DNA of 64,000 nucleotides from Muribaculaceae bacterium (GTDB lineage: Bacteria > Bacteroidota > Bacteroidia > Bacteroidales > Muribaculaceae). The notes under the pieces were generated by a model that made no database searches, had not been told where the DNA came from, and saw only the letters and a list, made by a program, of their open reading frames with translations. Below are positions 37,246 to 47,419 of this stretch, piece after piece (within the stretch, counting starts at the first letter, position 1; each line of letters opens with the position of its first letter). The stretch is from the NCBI GenBank assembly GCA_017621845.1, contig JAGASI010000025.1, positions 7,619 to 71,618 on the forward strand. The letters are read 5' to 3'. A program made the translations under genes and the position numbers.

Positions 37246-40200
37246 TTATTCGGCGGCTACCGCTATTCTCTTGGATGCGGTCGAGTATGTCACTCCATCG
37301 GTGGTAATGGCGGCACGATACAGATAGATGCCACGTTCCACGCGATGTCCGGCGTTGTCTGTCAAATCCCACACCACGGGGCTCGAGGTAAACATATCGG
37401 CCGGACCGGTAGATGTTCCTGTCCAAACAGGAGAACCGTTAAGGTTGTAGACAGTTATCGACACTGTAGCAGTCTGGTCAGGACGGTTGTGACTGACATA
37501 AAATCCGGCTGTGGTGGTTGCCGGATTGGCATCGGTCCACACATCATATATCGTTGGCGCCATATTGGCCGAAACCACAAACGATATCTCAGCGGCCGCT
37601 GAATTTCCAGAGGTATCCCACACCCTCAATTTCAAGGTATGCGGTCCTTCGGTAAGCTCGTCCATAGGATAGGTGATTGTTCCCTGGGGAGAGCCGTCTG
37701 ATGAGGGTTGCCAGTAAGACACCACGTTATTGTATGTTTTCTTGCCATCAAGCGTCAAGGTCATCTGATGCCCGATACCGGCTGTCGAAATATTGATACC
37801 GATATTGTCGCTGACACGTGCCAAGACGGTAGGTGTGGCGTTGACAACACCTCCGTCGACAAATGACGAGTGATTAAGCACAAACATGTCTATATCCGGA
37901 GCTATCGTATCGGGAACCTCCGGGGTATGATAGCCATACACATAGAAGCGATTATTGGCTCCTGAAGCTTCCACAGCGGGCGTTGATGTGCTGTAGGCAT
38001 ACATGCCGGCAAATGCCGGACGGAAATTCTGGGAAATTTCAAACGGCATGTTTACCGTTGTCTTCCATTGGCCGCCCTTGACTTCGGCGACACCGGTATA
38101 TAACTTGCCGCCATGCCTGTCATAGAGGTCTTTGTTGCCTTGTTCACCATGACCCTGGGTCTCGGTCGTATAGGTGGCATCATATATGGACAGTGTCAAA
38201 AGCCCGTCAAAGTCGGTCAAGGCGTTACCATCGGCATCTGAGACATTTCCACTGAAAACTGCCGGCTGGAGGGCCTTGACTACAGCTTGTTCGCCATCTT
38301 CTCCACTATCGGCCGATACATCAACACCATCAATGCTCAACAAGTTGACGCGATTATAGGGCATCGCAATCTTAAGTGCCGGGTCTCCCATGAGGGCATA
38401 GCGCAAACGATTGGAATTGGACTCATGCTTATTGTCTGAATTGCGTATATCGTTTTTGGCTTCACGATAGAAATCTCCCACACGTTGCATTGTCGGCGAC
38501 GAGCCCAAATTGGCAAATGAGCGGCCTATAGCTGCGGTGAATTTTCCATTCTCGGTGATATATACCGGACGTGTAGCACTTATCATACCGATGACTCCTC
38601 CACGGGTGTTGTGATACATAATCTCGGCACCACATTCTTCGCGGGAGTCCCATCGCTGGAAATCACATGTGCCGGCAAACACAAACGGCCAAGCTTTATA
38701 GTACAAGCGGTTGTTGATATCGTTATAGGTCAACTGGTGTTCGTGACCCCATGAAGTAGGGTTGGCATGTCCAAGGTATATCCACAGCATGGTGCCATCG
38801 TCCAAATTCTTGAACATTTCTTCTCGAGCCAATGGGAAAGAGCCGTTAACCAGATCATAGGCATCAAGATATATCTTATTGATAACATATCTCGGTGCTG
38901 ACTCGGGATTAAGGTAAGACTCAAGACTCTCGGCTTGTTTGAGATGCTGGCTGCTGTCCTGGTCGTCGGCTACAATCATTACTTTGTTATGCCACTCGTT
39001 ATTAGGCATGGAGTTGACATAGTTTAATATCTTGTCAACGTTTTCCTGGGCCTGACGGGCCGAGGAGACGGGAATACGTCCCACTGCTACATTGAGGTCA
39101 TCATAGGCCATATCATAGGCACTGTTATCTTCAAGCATACTGAAGAAATCATCGCCGGGATATCCTACATTATCGCTAAGCGCATGGGACATCATTGACG
39201 AGTACCATGTAGGCAGCGTCGTGGAGGCATATTTGGCGCCACCCTCAGTCTTAAAACGAGTGTCGTAGGTGATGTCCCCCATAAGCAAGACATATCTCAA
39301 CGGACTACCCTCGACCTTGGCTCGGTCATAAATCATCTTAAGATAGGCCCGGATTGCCCATGGGTCACCTGTTCCTGACCCAAACTCGTTGTATATCTCG
39401 TTGGCATCAACCACCGTGACAGTCAACGAATCGGGTTGCTCTTTGCGATGCAACTCAGCGAGACGGTTGGCCTGGGTCTTGAACTGGGGCAAGGTGACAA
39501 TCACCATATTGACACCCTGATGGGAATGGAGGTCCTGGTTGGCGACGACACCTTCTACTACAGGCTCGGGTAAACGCGCGTTATCAGTCCATGCAACGTA
39601 TGTCGCAATGTTGTTGTTATCGGGAGTCCATGTCACCGCTCCATCCATGACTTCACTGACATTGACGGTCTTGACATTCTCGGGGTCTGTGACATCCCAC
39701 ACATGCACTCCGCCTGTTCCAACGCCCGAGAGTCGGCGCGCCCCATAGGAGACACCATTGTTGTAAATTGTAAGATAGCCTGTCGACGGCATCTGTTGAC
39801 GACGCAGGTAATTGATCGTGATATAGTTGAGCCACGCGCCATGAACACTCACCGGTGAACTGTGTTTGATGCCCAGGGCAAGTTTCTCGCCACTGAGAGT
39901 CAGCCTGCGTCGTCCTATGCCTTCTTGACCATGATAATGCTCGTCATTGGCTGTCGAGGCTATACGGTCACCTCCAACCATGGGCAACTTGATGCCATTG
40001 GCGGTGACATCGATTATTGAGCTCTGTCCAAGCGTGCGGGCGACAAAAGAGATTTCCATCCAGGCATTTTCGCCCTCGGGATTTTCCACAATACCGGGGA
40101 GATTGAAGTTGAACGTGCGCGAAGGCGTGAATTTAAAATCCTCACCTACCAACTGGGCCCCGGACTCGCCGGGTGACACAAGGTCTACCTCATGGTGAAC

Positions 40201-40722
40201 ACGCTCCCAATATGTATCATGGACAAGTGTAACCTGTGCGCCGGCTCGTCCTGTAGTATTCATCGGACGATTGGCAACACTGTCAGCAACCTCGGTAACA
40301 TAATAGACGCCCTTGGTCGCATAGAGGTTGTTCTCGGCCGTGAAATAACCCGATTGACTCATGCGCCATTGATAATAGGACTGCCCATAAAACACCACTG
40401 TGCCGTCGGGACGAGTCACACTCTGTACCATCGGCAGATCATCGCGATAGGTAGTGTGGGCCAAACGATCGTTCTTAACAGGCGCTCCATAGCCATAAAT
40501 TCTCACTTGCTCGGGATTATTAAACCCCATCGAGCGCAGTGTCGCGCGACTCAAGCCATACACTCCATTATCGGCAACTGTAATCTTAACCCAACGGCCG
40601 TCGGAGAGCACCGATTTAGAGGCATATGTGTTGAGCGGAAACGCCACACCGGGCATTTTAGCCACCATCAGCAATATCAAGAGTGATAAGAGACGAGCTA
40701 TTTTGATGATATATCGGTTCAT
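37246..40722 (-). CDS. porU: T9SS sortase PorU (C25 family)
   Basis: YASKSVLSDGRWVKITV, AVGRIPV, IYLGHA (His), FAGTCDF (Cys), LMGDPALK, C-terminal CTD ...GIYLYRAAI...SKRIAV. Confidence 0.88.
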   Translation of the reverse strand: MNRYIIKIARLLSLLILLMVAKMPGVAFPLNTYASKSVLSDGRWVKITVADNGVYGLSRATLRSMGFNNPEQVRIYGYGAPVKNDRLAHTTYRDDLPMVQSVTRPDGTVVFYGQSYYQWRMSQSGYFTAENNLYATKGVYYVTEVADSVANRPMNTTGRAGAQVTLVHDTYWERVHHEVDLVSPGESGAQLVGEDFKFTPSRTFNFNLPGIVENPEGENAWMEISFVARTLGQSSIIDVTANGIKLPMVGGDRIASTANDEHYHGQEGIGRRRLTLSGEKLALGIKHSSPVSVHGAWLNYITINYLRRQQMPSTGYLTIYNNGVSYGARRLSGVGTGGVHVWDVTDPENVKTVNVSEVMDGAVTWTPDNNNIATYVAWTDNARLPEPVVEGVVANQDLHSHQGVNMVIVTLPQFKTQANRLAELHRKEQPDSLTVTVVDANEIYNEFGSGTGDPWAIRAYLKMIYDRAKVEGSPLRYVLLMGDITYDTRFKTEGGAKYASTTLPTWYSSMMSHALSDNVGYPGDDFFSMLEDNSAYDMAYDDLNVAVGRIPVSSARQAQENVDKILNYVNSMPNNEWHNKVMIVADDQDSSQHLKQAESLESYLNPESAPRYVINKIYLDAYDLVNGSFPLAREEMFKNLDDGTMLWIYLGHANPTSWGHEHQLTYNDINNRLYYKAWPFVFAGTCDFQRWDSREECGAEIMYHNTRGGVIGMISATRPVYITENGKFTAAIGRSFANLGSSPTMQRVGDFYREAKNDIRNSDNKHESNSNRLRYALMGDPALKIAMPYNRVNLLSIDGVDVSADSGEDGEQAVVKALQPAVFSGNVSDADGNALTDFDGLLTLSIYDATYTTETQGHGEQGNKDLYDRHGGKLYTGVAEVKGGQWKTTVNMPFEISQNFRPAFAGMYAYSTSTPAVEASGANNRFYVYGYHTPEVPDTIAPDIDMFVLNHSSFVDGGVVNATPTVLARVSDNIGINISTAGIGHQMTLTLDGKKTYNNVVSYWQPSSDGSPQGTITYPMDELTEGPHTLKLRVWDTSGNSAAAEISFVVSANMAPTIYDVWTDANPATTTAGFYVSHNRPDQTATVSITVYNLNGSPVWTGTSTGPADMFTSSPVVWDLTDNAGHRVERGIYLYRAAITTDGVTYSTASKRIAVAAE

Positions 40723-40850
40723 TAGTCAGGTTTTCTTTTTAAATCAATAGACTTACTGCCGGGATAACGACCTTGTCGCCACCTCGGCTAATAATCTAAC
40801 GCTGATTTAACATATTTATTGCATCTTACACGATTTCAGATAAAAGTTTC

Positions 40851-40858
40851 TATCTTTG
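40851..40858 (+). promoter_or_regulatory. -7 box for the GH9 gene
   Basis: TATCTTTG 25 nt upstream of the ATG. Confidence 0.65.
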
Positions 40859-40883
40859 TACATTATCATCAATCTTCACATTA

Positions 40884-42665
40884 ATGAAACATCTTATCAC
40901 TACAATCGCCATCGGTTTTGGTCTGCCGATGAGCCTCCTCGGCGCTCAAGGCATCGATGCTGTGCGTGTCAATAATATCGGCTACCTCACCGATGACATC
41001 AAAGCCGCCGTCTTAATGCTCCAAGACCCCTCCTCCCCGGTCGGAAATATCATGATTGTCGATAACAATGGCAACAAATTCAGGCCTGACTCTATAGTAT
41101 CCAAGGCTTCATGGCAACCGATGGGGGCCACCTACCGCATATATTTCACCTCACTCACCACTCCCGGCTCATACCGTGTGATATCTCCCACCGCCTCATC
41201 TCCCGAGTTCAAGATTGGTGACGAGATATACCGTGGAGCAAACGAGATTCCTCTCAGATACATGCGTCAGCAACGATGTGGTTACAATCCTTCATTGGAT
41301 GCTTGCTGCCATCAGCATGACGGCTATATAGTGATATGTGACTCTCTTGAGGGGAGACATATAGATGTTACCGGTGGGTGGCATGATGCCAGTGACTACC
41401 TGCAATACCTCACCACCTCGGCCAATGCTGTCTACCAGATGCTGTGGGCCTATCGCGAAAACCCGACAGTGTGGGCCGACACTTATGACGCTGACGGACG
41501 TCCCGGAGCCAACGGTATACCTGACATCCTCGACGAGGCTCGATGGGGTTTGGAGTGGATGTTGAAGATGAATCCCCACGAGGGGTTATATTTCAACCAG
41601 ATAGCCGATGACCGCGACCACCGCTATGCCGGGCTCCCGGCCGGTGACAATGTGGACTATGGATGGGGTCCCGGTAACGGACGTCCGGTATATCCCTGCT
41701 CGGGCAAGCCATATGGTCTCATGGATAATAAGAACCGTTCACGAGGCCTGGCGTCTTCGGTTGGGAAATTTGCATCTTCGTTTGGGCTCGGAGCTATTTT
41801 ATTCAAGGACCACGACCCTGAATTTGCCGCGTTGCTTTCCGACCGCTCGGCCAAGGCCTATGAAATCGCCGCCGCCAATCCCGGTGCATGTCAGACGGCT
41901 CCATGTGCCTCACCTTATTTCTATGAGGAGGACAACTGGGTCGATGACATGGAGTTGGCTGCTGTCACACGTCACTTACTCACAGGCGACATCTCGCTCA
42001 AGCGTGATGCTGTCAACTATGGCCGTATGGAGCCGGTCACACCCTGGATGGGAGCTGACTCGGCACGTCATTACCAATGGTATCCGTTTGTCAACCTCGG
42101 TCATGTCCTGCTATCTCGGGATGCCGACCCTAAAGTAGCGCGTGAGTTTACCGCCAACATGCGCTCGGGACTCGCCCGTATCCTGGACCGCGCCGGGAAT
42201 AACGCCTTTGTCTCGGGTGTCCCCTATATATGGTGCTCAAACAATCTCACCGTCGCCCTTGTCACCCAAGCCATGCTATACCGCGATATCACCGGTGACA
42301 CGCGTTATCAGGAGCTGGAAACTGCTGCCCGCGACTGGCTGTTTGGAGCCAATCCTTGGGGCAAATGTATGATTGTAGGTCTTCCCTCATCCGGTGACTA
42401 TCCTCGTGACCCTCACTCAGCACTAACCAATCTAGAGGGCATAGAGGTTACGGGTGGCCTCGTCGACGGTCCGGTATATGCCGGCATCTTCAACTCGTTG
42501 CGCGGTGTACACCTGCGCAATAAGGACCGATATGCTCCCTACCAAAACTCCACCGTGGTATATCACGATGACTACCACGACTATTCTACCAATGAACCGA
42601 CAATGGATGGTACTGCATCGTTGTCCTATATGCTCGGGCGTCTCGCTTCATGTGCTTCCAAATGA
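40884..42665 (+). CDS. Glycoside hydrolase family 9 with N-terminal Ig-like domain
   Basis: VRVNNIGY, MRQQRCG, DVTGGWHDASDY, WLFGANPWG, YSTNEPTMDG. Confidence 0.9.
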   Translation: MKHLITTIAIGFGLPMSLLGAQGIDAVRVNNIGYLTDDIKAAVLMLQDPSSPVGNIMIVDNNGNKFRPDSIVSKASWQPMGATYRIYFTSLTTPGSYRVISPTASSPEFKIGDEIYRGANEIPLRYMRQQRCGYNPSLDACCHQHDGYIVICDSLEGRHIDVTGGWHDASDYLQYLTTSANAVYQMLWAYRENPTVWADTYDADGRPGANGIPDILDEARWGLEWMLKMNPHEGLYFNQIADDRDHRYAGLPAGDNVDYGWGPGNGRPVYPCSGKPYGLMDNKNRSRGLASSVGKFASSFGLGAILFKDHDPEFAALLSDRSAKAYEIAAANPGACQTAPCASPYFYEEDNWVDDMELAAVTRHLLTGDISLKRDAVNYGRMEPVTPWMGADSARHYQWYPFVNLGHVLLSRDADPKVAREFTANMRSGLARILDRAGNNAFVSGVPYIWCSNNLTVALVTQAMLYRDITGDTRYQELETAARDWLFGANPWGKCMIVGLPSSGDYPRDPHSALTNLEGIEVTGGLVDGPVYAGIFNSLRGVHLRNKDRYAPYQNSTVVYHDDYHDYSTNEPTMDGTASLSYMLGRLASCASK

Positions 42666-42734
42666 TTTTCATGTGAGTGCTTGATTGAGTAGAGAGTTTA
42701 GACTTTAATTTTTTTGTAATCTATAGATAATAAG

Positions 42735-42742
42735 TAAATTTG
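42735..42742 (+). promoter_or_regulatory. -7 box for tsaE-birA
   Basis: TAAATTTG 15 nt upstream of the ATG. Confidence 0.6.
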
Positions 42743-42757
42743 TAAAAAATTTCATCT

Positions 42758-43195
42758 ATGACTTCCACCACTATTCATATTCCCACGCTCGAGGCTCTTC
42801 CCGAGGCAGCACGCGAGTTTGTCGCCGCCATGGGAGACAACACTGTATTTGCATTTTATGGCGAAATGGGTGCAGGTAAAACCACATTTATCGCCGAGTT
42901 AAGTCATGCTCTCGGCGTCGAGGATGATCCTACAGGGTCGCCCTCGTTTGCCATCATCAACGAGTATCGCTCCGACACTACTGCCGAGCTTATATATCAC
43001 TTTGACCTCTATCGTCTCGAGTCGCTCGAGGAGGCATACGACATAGGCATCGAGGATTACTTTGACTCGGGAGCGTTATGTCTGATTGAATGGCCCGAGC
43101 GCGTCGATACCATTCTTCCTGACGATACAGTGCGTGTTGATGTGAAAGTCAACGATGACGGCTCACGCACTCTCACCCTTGGCCCTCTGGAATAA
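42758..43195 (+). CDS. tsaE: t6A biosynthesis ATPase TsaE
   Basis: [34 protein letters not shown]. Confidence 0.96.
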   Translation: MTSTTIHIPTLEALPEAAREFVAAMGDNTVFAFYGEMGAGKTTFIAELSHALGVEDDPTGSPSFAIINEYRSDTTAELIYHFDLYRLESLEEAYDIGIEDYFDSGALCLIEWPERVDTILPDDTVRVDVKVNDDGSRTLTLGPLE

Positions 43196-43197
43196 TC

Positions 43198-43998
43198 ATG
43201 TTGACACCTGATAATAAGGCACGCCTCATCGGGGGCGTGCCTTGTATCATACGAGCCACATGTGAGTCAACCTCATCAGACGAAGCCGTTCTGGCGGCTG
43301 ACGCGCGTCACTCGCTTACTGTCGCCACCATTGAGCAGACTGCCGGGCGAGGTCAGCGCGGCAATAAATGGGAGTCGGCTCCTGGTATGAATCTGTCATT
43401 CACCACAGTCCTACGCCCCGACACAGTAAATCCTCGTGACCAATTTGCCATCTCGATGGCTGTATCTTTGGGTATTGTCGATGCTATTGATCCACTGCTG
43501 ACCGAAGCTTTAGGAATTGGCGCCTCTTCCCGCCTCAAAATCAAGTGGCCTAACGATATATACTATAACGACCTCAAACTTGCCGGTATTCTTATCCAGC
43601 ATAGCATCTCGGGCTCAGTCATTGACCGCACCCTTGCCGGCATCGGTATCAACATCAATCAACGTGAGTTTACATCTCCGGCTCCCAACCCGGTGTCGCT
43701 GTCTATGATTACAGGTAGGGAGTATGAGCTGGATGAATTGCTCGGACTGGTATTAAAGTCTATAATGGGCCGTATCAACATGCTCATGGCGTCAACAGCC
43801 ACGTCAATCGACAATCTGCTTGATGATTATCACCGGCGGCTATGGCGCCATGATGGTAACAGTTACCGTTGGCTGGTTACAGCCGACTCTTCAATCATCA
43901 CCGGTGCTCTCGACCATGTGGGCCGCGATGGTATGCTCCATATCTCAGGACATACGAGAGTCTTTGCGTTCAAGGAGATACACCCTCTGTTGGGTTAG
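43198..43998 (+). CDS. birA: Biotin-[acetyl-CoA-carboxylase] ligase (group I, no HTH)
   Basis: QTAGRGQRGNKWES, KWPNDIY, KLAGILI, GIGININQ. Confidence 0.92.
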   Translation: MLTPDNKARLIGGVPCIIRATCESTSSDEAVLAADARHSLTVATIEQTAGRGQRGNKWESAPGMNLSFTTVLRPDTVNPRDQFAISMAVSLGIVDAIDPLLTEALGIGASSRLKIKWPNDIYYNDLKLAGILIQHSISGSVIDRTLAGIGININQREFTSPAPNPVSLSMITGREYELDELLGLVLKSIMGRINMLMASTATSIDNLLDDYHRRLWRHDGNSYRWLVTADSSIITGALDHVGRDGMLHISGHTRVFAFKEIHPLLG

Positions 43999-44002
43999 CA
44001 TG

Positions 44003-44851
44003 TTATATGGTAAGTTGCTGAGCCTCAACGCAGTGACCCATAAAAGGCGTTGCCAGATGTCCAAATGCTTGGGCATCTCCCGTGGTATAGAAACAGCAGG
44101 TACCACCATTGGACAAACGGTTATCCATCTCGGGATGACGCCTGAGATAATCGGCAAGCGACTGTGCCACAATGGCTCCTTGGCTCAGCAATGTGACGCC
44201 TTCGGGTATGACTTTCTTGATTTTGTCATACAGCAACGGGTAATGTGTACAACCAAGGATTATTGTATCTATCTCCGGATCTTCCTTAAGCAATGAGTCG
44301 ACCTCGACTTTCACCAAGATATCAGCCTCGTCACTATCGGCCTTCCCCGACTCTATCAACGGCACCCATGTTGGACAAGCATGTCCAGTGGTCTTAAAAC
44401 TCGGACATTGATGGGCTATTTCAATGTCATATGAGCCTGAGGCAATTGTTCCGGGCGTGGCAAACACGCCTATATGGCCGGTATGTGAAACAGTGCCTAA
44501 ATATTCGGCCGTAGGCCTTATTACTCCCAATACGCGGCGGGAAGGGTCTTCACTTACCGGCAGGTCATTTTGCTGAATTGTTCTCAGGGCCTTGGCCGAC
44601 GCAGTGTTACACGCCAGTATCACCAAGGGACATCCCATTGACTGCAACTTATTGACAGCCTCGAGCGTAAAACAATACACTTGGTCAAATGTCCGCGTTC
44701 CATATGGAGCACGTGCATTATCCCCGAGGTATATATAGTCATAACCCGGCAGCACATTTCTCAGGTCTCTGAGTATAGTAAGTCCCCCATAACCCGAGTC
44801 GAAAACTCCTATCGGGCCACGGGGGACTATTTTATTGTCATGTTTTACCAT
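44003..44851 (-). CDS. murI: Glutamate racemase
   Basis: GVFDSGYGGL, LGDNARAPYG, LACNTASA, LGCTHYP. Confidence 0.96.
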   Translation of the reverse strand: MVKHDNKIVPRGPIGVFDSGYGGLTILRDLRNVLPGYDYIYLGDNARAPYGTRTFDQVYCFTLEAVNKLQSMGCPLVILACNTASAKALRTIQQNDLPVSEDPSRRVLGVIRPTAEYLGTVSHTGHIGVFATPGTIASGSYDIEIAHQCPSFKTTGHACPTWVPLIESGKADSDEADILVKVEVDSLLKEDPEIDTIILGCTHYPLLYDKIKKVIPEGVTLLSQGAIVAQSLADYLRRHPEMDNRLSNGGTCCFYTTGDAQAFGHLATPFMGHCVEAQQLTI

Positions 44852-44952
44852 GTCACGTCATGTGATATATCTATTTTAACGACATCGATTGTCATATAAG
44901 ACAGATTATATTATCTCGATACATCACGATTTTATCAGTTTATTCAATCTAT

Positions 44953-46290
44953 TTATTTCAAGCGCTCCTTGATAGCTTCGGTCTCAGCCTCATAGCCGGG
45001 CTTCTCCAACAGCGCAAACATATTACGCTTATAGTTCTCGACACCGGGCTGATTGAAAGGATTGACACCAAGCAGGTAACCGCTGATACCACAAGCCTTC
45101 TCAAAGAAATATATCATCTGGCCCAGATAATACTCGTTAAGAGCGGGGATAACAATCTGGATATTAGGCACACCGCCATCGACATGAGCCAGACGGGTAC
45201 CCAGTTCGGCCATCTTGTTAACTTCATCTACATGTTTGCCTGCTATATAGTTAAGTCCGTCAAGGTTGGCATCGTCCTTAGGTATGATTACTGAATGACG
45301 TGTCTCCTCGACTGACAGTACTGTCTCAAAGATAGTGCGTTCGCCATCCTGAATCCATTGTCCCATCGAGTGCAGGTCGGTGGAGTTGTCAACAGCGGCA
45401 GGGAATATACCCTTGTGGTCTTTTCCTTCCGACTCGCCATAGAGCTGTTTCCACCATTCGCCGAAGAAGTGGAGCTTGGGATTATAGTTGACCAGAATCT
45501 CTATTTTTTTACCGGCACGGTAAAGGGCATTACGAGTAGCGGCGTATAGGGCGGCAAGATTGTCTGTCGAGTTATTGACGGTACTTTTCTGCATCCGTGC
45601 GGCCCCTTCCATGAGCTTGGCTATGTCATAGCCGGCAACAGCGATAGGCAACAAGCCTACAGGTGTAAGTACCGAGAAACGACCACCTACCGAGTCTTCG
45701 ATGACAAATGTCTTATAGCCTTCTTCGGTTGCCAACTGACGCAGAGCGCCACGGCGGGCATCTGTGATAGCCACAATGAGTTGGGATGCACGCTCGCGTC
45801 CTACCTGTGACTCAAGCATCTCCTTGAGCAGACGGAAAGCGATAGCAGGCTCGGTAGTTGTACCTGATTTGGAGATGACGATGATACCAAATTTCTTACC
45901 CTTGAGGTAATCCATCAATTCATACAGGTAATCCTCACCGATATTATGGCCGGCAAAGAAGACCTTGGGATTATTATTGGGCAGATAAGCGTCAAACGTG
46001 TTATTAAGAGCCTCGATGACGGCCTTGGCGCCAAGATATGAGCCACCGATGCCGACACATACAACGGCCTCACATTCGTTGCGCAGTCTTTCGGCAGTGT
46101 CTTTGATATCTTCAATCAGCGACTCGGGTGTGCGTGTAGGCAGGTCGAGCCATCCCAGGAAATCATTTCCCAGGCCTGTTGCATTATGTATTTTAGTTAA
46201 TGACTCGGCTACTTCCGGGTCGAGAGTGCGGATATCGGCCGGGCTTACGGTCTGATATACGTTTTGGATGTTAACTTGAATTTCTTTCAT
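44953..46290 (-). CDS. pgi: Glucose-6-phosphate isomerase
   Basis: [41 protein letters not shown]. Confidence 0.97.
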   Translation of the reverse strand: MKEIQVNIQNVYQTVSPADIRTLDPEVAESLTKIHNATGLGNDFLGWLDLPTRTPESLIEDIKDTAERLRNECEAVVCVGIGGSYLGAKAVIEALNNTFDAYLPNNNPKVFFAGHNIGEDYLYELMDYLKGKKFGIIVISKSGTTTEPAIAFRLLKEMLESQVGRERASQLIVAITDARRGALRQLATEEGYKTFVIEDSVGGRFSVLTPVGLLPIAVAGYDIAKLMEGAARMQKSTVNNSTDNLAALYAATRNALYRAGKKIEILVNYNPKLHFFGEWWKQLYGESEGKDHKGIFPAAVDNSTDLHSMGQWIQDGERTIFETVLSVEETRHSVIIPKDDANLDGLNYIAGKHVDEVNKMAELGTRLAHVDGGVPNIQIVIPALNEYYLGQMIYFFEKACGISGYLLGVNPFNQPGVENYKRNMFALLEKPGYEAETEAIKERLK

Positions 46291-46389
46291 TTTCGTTATT
46301 GTGTTTTAATATTGTTATACTATTTGTTCTATTAGAAGTTATTGTTAAATGGGACACGGTGCTGTCAGCATCACCGCTGTGTCAATTGA

Positions 46390-47385
46390 CTAAGAGAATG
46401 TTTCGGACATGGCTCGCAGTGCCTTTGCGGCCGACACTCTTCTGTATAATATGTCATAGACACCGTCAAGTATTGGCATCTCTACCTCATATTTCTTATT
46501 GATGTCATAGATGCACTTGGTACCATAGTATCCCTCGGCTGTCTGTTCCATCTCCATCTTTGCAGCAGTCACTGAGTAGCCTCGGCCAATCATTGCGCCA
46601 AAGTTATGGTTGCGTGAAAACCGTGAATAGGCAGTCACCAGCAGGTCACCGAGGTAGACCGAGTCACATATCTGACGTGGGCGGGGATATACTGCATTCA
46701 GGAAGCGGTCCATCTCTCTGACAGCGTTGGATACCAGCATCGCTAATAAGTTATCACCCGACTTGGAGCCATGAACGATGCCTGCGGCGATAGCATAGAT
46801 ATTTTTTAGCACTCCGGCATACTCGATGCCGTCGACATCTGACGAAGTGATTGCCTTGGCATTTTTGGCCGTGATACGGTCGGCCATAGCTTCGGCACGG
46901 CCCATATCGGTGCATCCGATTGTCAGATAGCACGGACGTGACAGGGCCACCTCCTCGGCATGACATGGTCCACTCAGCACAAGCAGATTGTCGCGCTTGA
47001 TGCCAAATTTACGCGCCATGTAGTCTGTAACCAATTCGTTGGTCTCGGGCACCAATCCCTTGACTGCTGTCACTACTGATTTTTGGGAGATGTCTACTTC
47101 AATCTTATCCATGTGGGAGGTAAAGTAGGGTGACGGCACGGCCAACAATAATGTGTCGCATCGCTTACACGCTTCATTGATGTCACTCGAAAAATATATA
47201 CGGTTGACGTCAAAGTTAACGTCTGTCAGATAGGCCGGATTATGCCCCAGACGTATGAATTCTTCGATACGGTCATCACGGCGCATATACCAGTGTATGG
47301 TCTCACACCGCTGCAACAGCAATTTGGCAAGCGCAGTAGCCCAACTTCCACCGCCTAATATACATATTTTACCGGGAAATTCCAT
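46390..47385 (-). CDS. gpsA: NAD(P)H-dependent glycerol-3-phosphate dehydrogenase
   Basis: ILGGGSWATALA, SGPCHAEE, VLKNIYAIAAG, LGDLLVTAYSRFSRN. True start taken as ATG 47385 because the longer ORF overlaps lysS. Confidence 0.93.
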   Translation of the reverse strand: MEFPGKICILGGGSWATALAKLLLQRCETIHWYMRRDDRIEEFIRLGHNPAYLTDVNFDVNRIYFSSDINEACKRCDTLLLAVPSPYFTSHMDKIEVDISQKSVVTAVKGLVPETNELVTDYMARKFGIKRDNLLVLSGPCHAEEVALSRPCYLTIGCTDMGRAEAMADRITAKNAKAITSSDVDGIEYAGVLKNIYAIAAGIVHGSKSGDNLLAMLVSNAVREMDRFLNAVYPRPRQICDSVYLGDLLVTAYSRFSRNHNFGAMIGRGYSVTAAKMEMEQTAEGYYGTKCIYDINKKYEVEMPILDGVYDILYRRVSAAKALRAMSETFS

Positions 47386-47419
47386 GGTAGTGTTTGTATC
47401 AGTTAGATAGAAGCCCTGA

